This document shows, one piece after another, positions 42,124 through 53,600 of a stretch of 64,000 nt of DNA. The position numbers and the translations under genes were made by a program. The stretch's first letter is position 1. Every line of letters starts with the position of its first letter. Source of the DNA: Bryobacterales bacterium (GTDB lineage Bacteria > Acidobacteriota > Terriglobia > Bryobacterales > UBA6623); the NCBI GenBank assembly GCA_963422375.2, contig OY729427.2:608001-672000 (forward strand), given 5' to 3'. The notes beneath the pieces were generated by a model that was not told where the DNA came from, made no database searches, and saw nothing but the letters and a program-made list of their open reading frames with translations.

Positions 42124-43198
42124 CCTGATTACCAACGAACGTCAGCCGAGGATATGCTATACTGGAGGAGGTCGGAAATCTCTGCCAGGAAAGGGGATAG
42201 CAGATGAAACGCAATCGCGTGCAATTCCAGCAGGGACTCAGCCTGCGCAAGTTCCTGCAGCGCTACGGCAGCGAGGGGCCATGCGAGCACGCCGTCTTCA
42301 ACGCCCGCTGGCCGGACGGCGGCCGGACGGCTTCCGCTGCCCGGAGTGCGGCTCCCGACGGCACTGCCGCATCCGCTCCCGCAAGCTCCGGCAGTGCCAT
42401 GCCTGCCACCGCCGGACCTCCCTCGTCGCCGGCACGATCTTGGCCGCCACCAAGCTGCCGCTGACCGTCCGGTTCCTGGCGATCCACCTGCTGACGCAGG
42501 GCCAGTACGGCGTTTCGTCGCTGGAACTGGCGCGGCAGCTGGGCGTGAGCCGGAACACGGCTTGGAAGGTGCAGCACAAGCTCCTGCCAGTGCTGAAGGA
42601 GCGCGACGAGCGCGTGCCGTCGGGCGGCATCGTGCAGGTGGACGATGCCTGCTGGGGCCTACTGGGGCGGGGAGCGGACCGGCGGCACGCGCGGTCGCGG
42701 CGCGGCGGGCCAGACGCCGTTCGTCGCCGCCGTGCAGGTCACAGCCGCCGGCAAGCCGGCAAGGATGCGCCTGAGCAGCGTGGCCAGCGTGGCGGGCTTC
42801 CGCAAGAAGACACTGGCAGCGTGGGCCGGGCGGCACTTGCAGCCCGGCACGGAGGTGCATCCCGACGGCCCGGCCTGCTTGCGGGGCGTGGCCAACGCCG
42901 GCTGCGAGCACGTGCCGACCGTCACCGGAGGCGGGCAGCGGAGCTGCGGGGATTCCCGCTTCGTCCGGGTCAACGTCCGGGTCAACACGATGCCGGCGAA
43001 CGTCAAGCAGTCCCTGGCGGGAACCTGCCATTCGTTCGACGGCAAGCACCTGCCGCGGTACCTCGCCGAGTTCCGCTACCGCTTCAACCGCCGCTACGAC
43101 CTGGAGGCGCTGGTCCCCCGCCTGCTCCACGCCTCCGTGCGCACCCCGCCCAGGCCTTACCGCCTCCTAGCCTTGGCTGAGTCTTGTGGGTAATCAGG
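42124..43198 (+). mobile_element. IS1595-family element, type A copy 2 (defective)
   Basis: Same TIRs as 6253-7310 and near-identical transposase (ATG 42204, stop 43193), with frameshifts. No matching TSD. Confidence 0.92.
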
Positions 43199-44166
43199 AA
43201 TATATATGAGTGCCGACAGGGCCATATCCGGCTAGAACTGCTCTAATCGGGGAGGTCTGCGTCTAGCTCGGGCGATTTGTGAGCGGCCGCGGCGGACGGC
43301 GAAACGTGGATTCGTGTCTGAATCGCACCTGCAGGCGGATTTCACGGCGCACGGGACTAGAGAGGCCGCCTCGGACGCCCCGGTGGAACCCGGTCCGTCG
43401 CGGAGGGGCGCGCTGCCAAGCGGATTTCATGCTCTCCGGGGGCCAAGGAGACTGGATCCCTAGCTCGAGACTACCTGCATGAATTGTCCGGGCTGGACAT
43501 GGATCGCGCCGAAGGATTCCGGACCCGGAGCGCCCTTCGCTCCGAGCGTGAACAGAGCCAGCGGATAACCGCCAAGCCGCCCTCAGACCGCGACCGTGGC
43601 CTTGCCGACGAGCTGCCGATGTATCAGCATCTTGTCCACCAGTCTCCGCGCCATGTGCCACGTCCGTTCCGCCGTGTCGCAGTTGCAGGCGTTGCGCCGT
43701 CCCGCGAACTACGCGAGGTAGCGCCCGAGATAACGCACGCTCATGTGGTGATGGGTTCCGTAGAGGCCGCGCTTGAAGAGGGCCCAGAACGATTCAATTT
43801 CTCGGGGCATTTCTCTTTCATTGACGGCCACACTTGGTGAAACTATCCTACGAATGTTCTCCACGAATTGTCAACAGAGATTCGGAAAGAGATTCGGAAT
43901 TACAGTGGATATCTTTTTTGACTCGCCCATTCAACTCCGAAGTGCGACACGCGGGTAAGGGGCGGCGGGCTGGGATACTAGGACCACAGTAGCAGATCCA
44001 GCGGCGCCGGACAAGCCGCTGCCGGGCCGAAGCGGGGGGCCGCGTCCCGGGCAGGTGGGCATGCGTGCCCCGTTTCCGGAAGGGAATTATATATCTGAGT
44101 GCCGAGTCAACCGATTTTGCAAATTATCAGTCCATAAATTAATTTCATATTTCTTCCGGAGATCTG

Positions 44167-44196
44167 TTGACAGTCGGTGGAGTATTTTGATAGAAT
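44167..44196 (+). promoter_or_regulatory. Sigma70-type transposase promoter TTGACA-N18-TAGAAT
   Basis: Near-consensus. Equivalent hexamers with 18-nt spacing are conserved in the other two type B copies. Confidence 0.7.
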
Positions 44197-44219
44197 AGTT
44201 CCAATATATGAGGTCGTCT

Positions 44220-45176
44220 ATGAAGCAAAAAGGTCCCGGGAAGTGGTTTCGTAAAGGCATCACTCTGATTGAAGTGATCGCCATGTTCCGCGATGACGAA
44301 TCCGCGGAAAAGTGGTTCGCCTCCATGCGCTGGCCCAACGGTCCGGTATGCCCCCACTGCCGCGGCTCCAGCGTGCAGTCCGGCACGGCCCACCCTTCGA
44401 TGCCGTACCGTTGCCGCGGCTGCGGCAAGCGCTTTTCCGTGCGCACTGGCAGCGTGATGGCCGACACCAAGCTCGGCTACCGCACCCGGGCCGTCGCCCT
44501 GTTCCTGCTGACTACCGGCATCAAGGGCGTCTCAAGCATGAAGCTGCACCGCGACCTGGGCATCAGCCAAAAGTCGGCCTGGCACCTGGCGCACCGCATC
44601 CGCGCGTGCTGGGAGCGCGATCAGGGCCTGTTCGCCGGCCCGGTGGAGGTGGACGAGACCTACGTCGGCGGCAAGGAACGCAACAAGCACGAGAGGAAGA
44701 AGGCCCGCGCCGGGCGCGGGCCCGTCGGCAAGACCCCGGTGGCGGGGGCGCGGGACCGCGCCACGAACGCAGTGGCCGCGCGGCCGCTGCCGGGCACCGC
44801 CGAGGGCGATCTGCAGGGCTTCGTGCGCGCCCGCGTCGCGCCGGGGGCACAGGTCCGCTCCGACGAGGCGGCGGCCTACGCCGGCATGGCGGAGTTCCCG
44901 CACGAAGCCGTCAGGCACTCCGGCGGCGAGTACGTGCGCGGGGCAGCGCATACGAACGGCATCGAGTCGTTTGGGTCCCTGTTCAAGCGCGGCCTGTACG
45001 GCACCTATCACCGGATGAGCGTCCGTCATCTCGGCCGCTACCTCACGGAGTTCGCGGGACGGTGCAACGACCGCGACTGCGACACGGCGGAACAGATGCG
45101 GCGCATGGCGCGGGGCCTGGTCGGCCGGACGCTGACCTACCGGCAGCTGACCGGCAAAACCGCAGTCGCGGCCCGA
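44220..45176 (+). CDS. IS1595-family transposase (natural stop apparently mutated TGA>CGA; ORF reads on to 46046)
   Basis: RWPNGPVCPHC, YRCRGC, VEVDETYVGG, HTNGIESF, YLTEFAGR.N, LTYRQL. Confidence 0.9.
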
Positions 45177-47022
45177 GCGGCGCCCTCCGCGCCGAGCGCC
45201 GCAGCCCGCTGCCGACGCACTCTTCACGCTCGATGCGCTTCATGCTCGGTGCGAGGGGCGCGCCGGATCTGGAATCCCCCGGCGCGACCCGCGTCCGGCC
45301 CGGACCGTCCATGCAGGCCGTCGAGCGCCGGGGATCCGCTGTCTTCGGCCCTCGCAGGGCACGCAATCGGCTTGCAAGGGGTGCCCTCCACCGCCAACCG
45401 GATTCCACCGGGGCAGGCGAGGGGGCCTCTCTTATCCGTGCCTCGTCCATTCCGCTGGCAGGTTCGATTCAGATACGATCCCACCTTGCCGTGCCTACCG
45501 CGGCCGCATTCGAATGACCCGAGCCAGACGCCGACCTCCCTGCTCACAGCAGTTCTCGTCGGACATGGCGTTGTCGGCACTCAGATATATAATTCCCTTC
45601 CGGAACGGGGACCCTCCGGGCCTTGCGCAGGGAGCGGAGCGACCGCAGCAAGGCCCGGAGGGTCGAATCCGCGCCTGTCCGGGCGCAGCTCCCCCGCGCC
45701 CCTGTCCGGGGCGGCGGGCTGCCAGCCCTGCCTCAGCCCCGCGGCACCCGCTCCCGCTCCGCCGGGAAGACTTCCTCCGGCGTGCGCCCGCCCGGCACCT
45801 TCCGCGGACGCCGGTTCAGGCGGTCCCGCGCCTCCCGCACCCGGGCCGGGTCCACCCGCCGCAGGTCCGTCCCCTGCGGGAAGTACTGCCGCGGCAGCCC
45901 GTTGGCATGCTCGTTCAGCCCGCGCTCCCAGGAGTGGCAGGGCCGCGCGAAGTAGAAGCCCGCCCCCAGCCGCTGCGCCACCTCCCGGTGCCTCCCGGTG
46001 CCCCGCGAACTCCTTGCCGCGAACTCCTTGCCGTTGTCGGCCGTGATCGTGTGCGTCACGGCCCCGCTCCCTGCGAGCATGGCCGTCATCGCCGCCCCGA
46101 CCAGCTGCGCCGTGCGCCGGCTAACCGGCTGCACTAGCAGGTACTTAGAGAACCGGTCCACCAGCGTCACCAGCGCTCCGCGATGTCCGCGCGCCCCGGG
46201 ATCAGGCCGCGGCCCGCCGTCCGGCCGACCCGCCGGACGCGCTTGCGGCCGCCCTGCCTCGGGTGCCGGTACAGCCGGCCCCCCTGCCGCCGCTCCGCGC
46301 GCACCAGCTGGTAGATCCGTTCGGGACTGATCTCCAGCGCCCCTTCCCGCTTCAGCCGCGCCGCGACCTGCCCCGGGCTCCTGCTCCGGGCTCCAGTCCC
46401 GCCGCAGGCAGTCCTCGCTCCGCGCCCGCAGCGCCGACGTCAGCTGGCGCGGCCGGCACGCCGCCGCGCGCCGCCGCCGCTCCGCGCGCTCCTGCGCGCT
46501 CCCCCAGCTGTAGCTCGCCGCGCGCTCGCCCTCCGCCGGTCGGCCGTTGCGGCCCACTTCCCGGTAGATCGTGGCCCGCTTGCGGCCCGGCTGCCCGGCG
46601 ATCCTGTCCGCTCCCCAGCCCGCCGCCCGCAGCGTCTCCATCCGGCAGCGCTCCTCCTGCGTCACGTGCGTGTAGCTCTTCCGCATCCGCCTCCCTGCTC
46701 CTTCCAGCACCTACCAGCCTACTGCCGCGACACCACCGCTCGCTGCCCCCCTCTCCCCTCCCTGCCATCTTGTGGCTCGGCGCGTGTCGCACTTCGGAGT
46801 TGCATGGGCGACTTGATAACTTGCCGAATTAGTAGCCTAGGAACTCAGCCAAATAATCCGAAAGGCATAAGTGAGTATCCGAAGACTTCGGAAAAGTCGG
46901 CTGCAAGGTCAGCCAGCGCGGTCAGCGCGACCCCCGCCCGAGATGTCGTCATCTTTCTCGATCATCGACTCGACAAGCGAGTCGAAGACATTCGTTCGTT
47001 TCTTGCACTCGTCGCAAATGAT

Positions 47023-48425
47023 GGGAATTATAGACCTGAGTGCCAAAGGCATTGAATCGACTAGGAATTGCTTGGTTCGGAGGAGTCGGATTCCACACGG
47101 AAATGCGACTCGAGAGGCGTCGCCGCATCTTGATCGGATCCGGAGATCAAGGTGAACGCAATTGCAGTTCCGGTCGGTTCAGCACGTCCTACCACGCTTT
47201 AAGTCGAGCGTTAATGCGAGCGTTACGGCGTGGAAATGCCCTCTGGGATCAGGTGTCGGAATGCTGCATTCGGCTTGCCGGCATCGGACGGTTTCTGTTG
47301 CGCCTGCCTGCCGGCAATACGCCCGGAAGGCGCAATCCTGCAACCGGTGCGCAGAGCTGGCCGTTCAGGCCGCAGCCGCGGCTTCCCCGGTCATCTGCCG
47401 GTAGGTCAGCGTCTTGCCGAACAGGCCCCGCGCCATGCGCTCCAGCTGCTCCCAGGTGTCCAGGACACGGAAGTTGAGCCGCCCCGCGAACTCGGTCAGA
47501 TAGCGCTTGAGGTGCTGCAGGCTCATGCGGCGATAGGTCCCGTAAAGGCCGCGCTTGAACAGGGACCAAGAGGATTCGATGCCGTTCGTGTGCGCCCTTC
47601 CGCGTACGTATTCGCCGCGCGAATGCCTGACTGCCTCCCGATCGAAATCGTCCATTCCGGCGTAGCCCGCGGCATCGTCGGAATGGATCTTCGCGTCCGG
47701 TCTCGCGTGCTCGCGCACGAAGCCCTGCAGCTCCGACTTCGCCGGAAGCTCGGTCTCGCGCGCCCGCGACTGGAATCTTGCCGACCGGCCCGCGGCCTGC
47801 CTTCAGCTTCTTTGACTCGTGCTTGTTGCGCTCCTTGCCGCCGATGTAAGTCTCGTCGACCTCCACCGGCCCGCCGAACGGATTCCGGCCCCGCGCGCAG
47901 CAGGCTCGGATGCGATGTCCTAAGTGCCAAGCCGACTTCCGGCTGATGCCGAGGTCGCGGTGCAGCTTCATGCTGGAGACGCCCTTGAGACCGGTCGTCA
48001 GCAGGAAGATGGCGATGGCCCGGACGCGGTAGCCGAGCTTGGAGCCGGCCATGACGCTGCCGGTGCGCACCGAAAAGCGCTTGCCGCAGGCACGGCAGCG
48101 GTAAGGCATGGAGGGATATGCACTGCCGCACTGCACGTTGGCATTGCGGCAGTACGGGCAGGAGATCCGGTCGGGACAGCGAACCGAAGCGAACCACCTT
48201 TCTGCGGGTTAGTCATCGGAAAACATGGCGGTCACTTGCATCAAGTAGATGCCTTTGCGAAATCAATTTCCGGGACCTTTCTGCTGCACTTAAATCCTTT
48301 CTATCTGGAACTATCCTACCTCAGTTGAAGGCAGAATATCAATGCATTATCGGCAGTTTATGAATTTTTTATTTCGGACAAATCACTCTGGATTCATCGC
48401 CTCGACACTCAGGTATATAATTCCC
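47023..48425 (-). mobile_element. IS1595-family element (type B), defective copy (transposase remnants ~47365-48289)
   Basis: TIR GGGAATTATA.ACCTGAGTG at both ends; 8-bp TSD CAAATGAT. VEVDETYIGG and HTNGIES motifs; stops and frameshifts. Confidence 0.93.
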
Positions 48426-49049
48426 CAAATGATGGCTTCCGCGGGACTCAGCAGCAGCAGGGTCACGTCGACCGGGCTGAAGCATTCTTCGGAGAGCAAC
48501 TAGCACGGCGGCATAGTCGGTGTCGGCGAGCTGCTCGGGTTGCCGCAGGTGCCGCGACCGATCGAAACGGACCTGCAGCTTGTCGGGAGAGCCACGATCG
48601 AGCCGCTCGGCGGACGTTAGATCGGTGATTGGCCGCGTGTCGGCCCGAATCCGGTTTCAAGGGCCCGGTCCAAGGCAGGCGGGCGTCGCCGAGCAGGACG
48701 CCTTGATGCTGTCGCACGGAGAGAGCTGGCGACGCGGCACGGCGCGCTGCCGGTGTCTTGGAGCCAGCGGCCCTAACCGGGCGGAGTTGCAAATCACCGC
48801 GGATCCGGCTATTCTCTCCCTGCGAGCGGAACGGAAACCCGAGTCGCCCGGAAGGCACTCCGCCAGCACCCTGATCGGATGAGCTCGCCCGTGATCAATG
48901 CGCCGGAAGGGGACGGCCCTGCGAGCTCCCCAAGTTCCGCGGAGCGGTCGGGTGCCAGCTGGAAGCAGCAATTTGCGGGGACCGGAGGATCCGGGGGTCC
49001 GCAACTCCCGGATCCAGCGTCGGCGCCCAAGCTCCTCGGGGTTCTCGGG

Positions 49050-50597
49050 ATGTTGGGACCTCATCTTCGGGCGACGCTGATCGGAAGCTGGCTGCTGACG
49101 GCCCTCTCGATCGCTGCCGCGCCCGACACAGCTGACCGCCTCCGGAACTCCGTGCAGCACATGCAGCGGGGCGACTTGGCCGCCGCCGAGGCCGAGGCTT
49201 CCCTAGCCCTTGGCGATCCGCGCAGCAAGCCTGTCGCGCAAGCGCTACTGGGCTCCATCCGCATGCAGCAGAAGCGCTTCGAAGAAGGCAAGGACCTTCT
49301 CGAGCGCGCGGTGGCGGCCGATCCGAATCTGGTCGGAGCGCGACTCAACCTAGCGCAGGCTCATGCCCTGCTCGGGAACGAGGATCAAGCGGAATCGATC
49401 TACCGAACGGTCCTCGCACTGGAGCCAGGCAACGTGAATGCCCGGATGGCTCTGGCCCGGACCGAGAGCTCGCAGGGAAATTACCGGCAGGCCCTCGAAA
49501 TCGCCGACCCGGTCGAACCGCAGCTGCGCGCCTCGCCCGACGGCTTGATGGCGCTCGCTGAGGCGCACGCCGGCCTCGGGAATGGGCAGGCTCTCCGGAG
49601 CCTCGTCAGCGACTGGGAGGGCCTGAGGGGCGCGCCCCGGGCGTGGACGGTCCGATTCGCGCTCCTCGTCTCGCGGGGCGGCCTGAACCGGGCGGCCATC
49701 CGGCTGCTCGAGCAGCTCAAGCGCGAGGGCCTCGTGTCCTTCGACGTGGCATTCAATCTAGCAGGCTTCTACCTCCTCGAGAACGACTTGGCAAAGGCCT
49801 CCGCCAACTACGAGCTGGCCGTCGAATTCAACGACGAGTCCGTTCCCGCGCTGCGTCAGGTGGCTCGCATCGCTGAACGGCAGGGCGAATTCGAGAAGGC
49901 GCTCTCGTTTCTGATCCGCGCCAAGCTCGAGGCCCCCGAGGATCCGGACGTGCAGCTTTCCTTCGGAATGGTCGCATTGCGGCTGGAGTTCATCGAAGAC
50001 GCCACCAGCGCCCTGGAGAAAGCTCTCGAGGTGCGGCCCGGCCACAGGACCACCCGGTACTGGCTGGGCACCGCTCGCGGGGCGGCCCGCCAATACGACG
50101 AGTCGCTCGAGCTCTACCGCGGGCTTCTCGCGGAAAGGCCCGACGACGCGCAGCTGCACTATGCCGTCGGGTCGGTGTACTACCTGAAGGTCGCCTTCGA
50201 GGACGCTGCCCGGCATCTCGCCGAGAGCTGCAAGCTGGATCCCGGGCAGGTGCTCTCCCCGTACTATCTCGCGATGATCGCCCAGAAGCAGGGGCGCAAC
50301 GAAACGGCCGCAGGAATGTTCCGGGAGATTCTCGAAGACCACCCGGACCACGGTCTCTCCTACGAAGGCCTGGCGGTTTCCCTGTTCAAGCAGAGGCAGT
50401 ACGAGCCGGCAAGGGCGAACTTTCGCAAGGCACTCGCCCTGAACCCCGACTCAGCGCGCACACGCTACCAGCTCGGGCAACTTCTGATTCGCATGGGATT
50501 GCGCGAGGAGGCGAAGCGGCAACTCGCCCTCGCCAAGGGCCTGCGCGAGGAAGAGGAAAATAACCAGCTCGTGCGGACGCTCCTGAACCCGCACTAG
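49050..50597 (+). CDS. Tetratricopeptide repeat protein, secreted
   Basis: Signal-like N-terminus followed by many TPR helices (ARLNLAQAH, ALALNPDSARTRYQLG). Start uncertain. Confidence 0.85.
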   Translation: MLGPHLRATLIGSWLLTALSIAAAPDTADRLRNSVQHMQRGDLAAAEAEASLALGDPRSKPVAQALLGSIRMQQKRFEEGKDLLERAVAADPNLVGARLNLAQAHALLGNEDQAESIYRTVLALEPGNVNARMALARTESSQGNYRQALEIADPVEPQLRASPDGLMALAEAHAGLGNGQALRSLVSDWEGLRGAPRAWTVRFALLVSRGGLNRAAIRLLEQLKREGLVSFDVAFNLAGFYLLENDLAKASANYELAVEFNDESVPALRQVARIAERQGEFEKALSFLIRAKLEAPEDPDVQLSFGMVALRLEFIEDATSALEKALEVRPGHRTTRYWLGTARGAARQYDESLELYRGLLAERPDDAQLHYAVGSVYYLKVAFEDAARHLAESCKLDPGQVLSPYYLAMIAQKQGRNETAAGMFREILEDHPDHGLSYEGLAVSLFKQRQYEPARANFRKALALNPDSARTRYQLGQLLIRMGLREEAKRQLALAKGLREEEENNQLVRTLLNPH

Positions 50598-50624
50598 CAG
50601 GGGCACCGGAAGTCGAGTCTGCTC

Positions 50625-53600
50625 GTGCGCACCGCCAGAGACCTTCCGCGAACCCGGAACGCATTCGCACCGCGGCGGCAGGCCCGGTTGACGCGGGGAC
50701 TGGCATCGCTCGCACTCTGGTGGGCGATCGCTCCGGCCGTCGCGCAGGACCGGCCCTCCGACCACTACCTTCGCGGGATCCGCCTGCTCGAGCAAGAGCT
50801 GTGGGATCCGGCGATCTACGAGTTCCATGAGGCGCTCAAGCAGGCTCCCGACGAGGCCGCGACCCACATCGCGATGGGGGTCGCCCTCAGCAACAAGGGC
50901 GCGGCGGACCTCGCGGTGGGAGCCTTCCGCAACGCAGCCGAGCTCCAGCCGGAATCGACGGAGGCCCGGTTCAACCTCGGGCTGGCACTTAGGAACGCCG
51001 GCCTGGCGGACCAGGCCATCAAGGAACTCGAGCAGTCGATCAGGCTGGATCCGACCCTCGAGCAGGGGCGCTTCGAATTGGGACTGCTCCTGCAGGGAGA
51101 GGGTCTATGGGAACGGTCCACCGAGGTGTTCGAGCAGATTCTGGAGCGGAATCCGGCCGCCGCCATGGCGCACCACTGGGTCGGCGTGGCCTACCAGCAG
51201 CGTGAGGATTTCGGCAAGGCCATCGCCTCGTTCCGGAGCGCCATCGAGATCGAGCCGAGCCTGGTGCGGGCGCACAACAGTCTCGGCACGCTCCTGGCCG
51301 AGACCGGCAGTATGGAAGCGGCGGTCGAATCGTTCCGCACGGCCTTGGAACTACAGCCGGGTAGCGCCGACATTCGCATGAATCTCGGCGTCGCCCTGCG
51401 AACCGTCGGGGAGGGCGAAGCCGCTGTCCGGCAGTTCCAGGAGATTCTGGCTGCGGGCGCGGTTGGCTTCGCGACGGAGGGCCCGGGTCCGGACTTTTTC
51501 GCCGAAGTGCAGCACCAGGTCGGCCAGACGCTGCGCGGGCGTGACCCTGCCGGTGCCGCGGAGGCATACGAGAAGGCCTTGGAGCTCAATCCCGAGAAGC
51601 TCGAGTCCTACTACGGCCTAGGCCAGGCCCTCAAGCGGCTCGCTGCCCGTTCAAGGGGTGGGCCGCAAGTCCGGTCCGCTGAGGTTGGCGCGGTTCGTAT
51701 CGCGAGGGCCCGTAGCGCGGCATCCAGCGGCGACCTCGCCGCCGCCCGGTCCGAGCTCGAGCAAGCCCTCGAGGCCGCGCCCGAATTCGCCCCGGCTCAC
51801 AGCCTGCTGGGCTTCGTGCTAGGCCAGCAGGGCGACTTGGAAGGATCCGTGCAGCGCCTCCGCGAGGCGATCTCGCTCTCGCCCCGGTTTGCAGAGCCGC
51901 GTTACCACCTAGGCCTAGCCCTCTGGTACCAAGGCCGGCGTACGGAGGCCACTGCCGAGCTTGAGGAGGCGCTGCGGCTGGACCCGGCGATGGCCGAGGC
52001 GTGCGCGTTCCTAGGCATGGCCTACAGGGAGCAGCGGCGCGACGACGACGCGCGGCGCTATCTCCAGCGCGCGATCGCGCTCAAGCGGGAGATGCCGGGA
52101 CCGTACGTGGATCTGGGAGTGGTCTTCCTGCGCGAGCGTCGTGGCGACTGGGCGCTCGGACAGTTCGAGGCTGCTCTCAATCTGCCCCGAAGCGCCGGGG
52201 CCATTCCGGATCTCGACGTTCCGATCACGGCGCTGCGCGCCGAGCTGCGGCGCAACCCGAACAGCGCGCAAGCGCACAACGTCCTCGGCCGGCTCCTCGG
52301 CAGGGCGGGTGCCGATCCTCAGGAGGTCGCGAAGGCGTTTCGGGAAGCGGTCCGCCTGCGGCCCGAGTTCCCCGAAGCGCTCAACAACCTAGGGCTGGTC
52401 CTGACCCAGACCGACCGGACCGAGGAAGCGCTCGCCGCCTTTCGCGAGGCCGTGCGCATCCGTCCCGACTTCGCTCAGGCGCGCGCGAACCTAGGCGGCG
52501 CCTTGGTGATCGTCGACGAAGACGAGGCCGTCCGGGAGCTCGAAGCGGCGCTGGACATCAACCCGGGCCTAGTCAACGCGCACTACAACCTGAGCCGAGC
52601 GCACAGCCAGAAGGCGGATCGCGAACGGGAGATCAAGCACCTGCGCAAGGCCCTATCGCTCGACCCAGGATTCGCCAAAGCGCACCTCTTCCTAGGGCGG
52701 GCGCTGGTCGCGGAGCGGCGGATCGACGAGGCGGTAGAGCACTTCGAGCGGGCACTCGAGCTCGACCCGGGCCTCGGCGAAGCCCGCTATCAGCTCGGCC
52801 TCGCGTTGGTGCGCGTCGGCCGGCGCGAGGAAGCGCAGGAGCACCTACGAGCCAGCCGCCCGCTCATCTCGGAAAGACAGCAGGGCGAAACGGCAACCGT
52901 GCTCATGCGCCAGGCACGGGAAGCGCTGGGACGCGGAGCGGCCGGCGAGGCGGTCGACAAGCTGCGCCAAGTGGTCAGCCTGGCCCCGGGCTATCTCGAC
53001 GCCCAACTGGCGCTGGGCGAGGCGCTGGCGCGCATTGGCGAGGACAAGGCGTCCGCCGGGACCTTCCGGCGCGCCTTGGAGTTGCGTCCGGACTCCTACT
53101 CCGCCTTCCTCGGCCTCGGCCGGGCACTGCAATCCGCCGGTCGGCCAGAGGAGGCAGCCTCCGCGTTTCGCACTGCCGTGAAGCTGCGACCGTCCTCGAC
53201 CGAGGCGCTCGAGCTGGAGGCGCAAGCCCTGCTCGAGAGCGGCAACGAGGCTGGCGCGCTGGAGTCCTTCCGCGAGGTCACGAAGCTAGATCCGGAGAAC
53301 CAATCGGCCCGCGAGCAGCTCGGGCGAATTGCGAGGCTCAGGCAAGAGCGGCGCAGGACCGAACTCCTTGCGTCCCTGATCGAGCCCGGCGCCCCGCGAC
53401 TGGCTTCGCCGGACATCCTAGGCACGGACATGGACGATCCGGCCTTTGTCCGCATGGTCGAGTCCGAGATGCGGGCAGAGAGCTACTCCCAGACCGAAAC
53501 CCGCCTGCGGCAGTACCTCCAGGACAATCCCGATTCCTGGTGGGGCCACTACGCCCTGGGCTACGCCTGCTTCGCCCAGCGGAAGATCGGAGAATCCGTC

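Larger units (their letters stand above)
44082..45597 (+). mobile_element. IS1595-family element (type B), full-length
   Basis: TIR GGGAATTATATATCTGAGTGCCGA at both ends; 8-bp TSD TTCCGGAA. Confidence 0.95.
43924..46810 (-). mobile_element. IS30-family element (transposase pseudogene 45733-46686), carrying a nested IS1595
   Basis: 30-bp TIR CGCCCA(T)(T/G)CAACTCCGAAGTGCGACACGCG (29/30), 3-bp TSD ACT. Motifs ATIYREV.RN, WSPEQ, TITADNGKEFA, WERGLNEH.NGL.RQYFP. Confidence 0.92.
43199..46859 (-). mobile_element. Internally deleted IS1595-family element (type B), split by IS30; own sequence is 43199-43923 plus 46811-46859
   Basis: On the - strand: degenerate left end, TTGACA-18-TAGGAT, MKEKCPEK fused directly to IESFWALFKRGLYGT...RQLV. 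The 3' region is homologous to 45177-45597. Confidence 0.8.
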
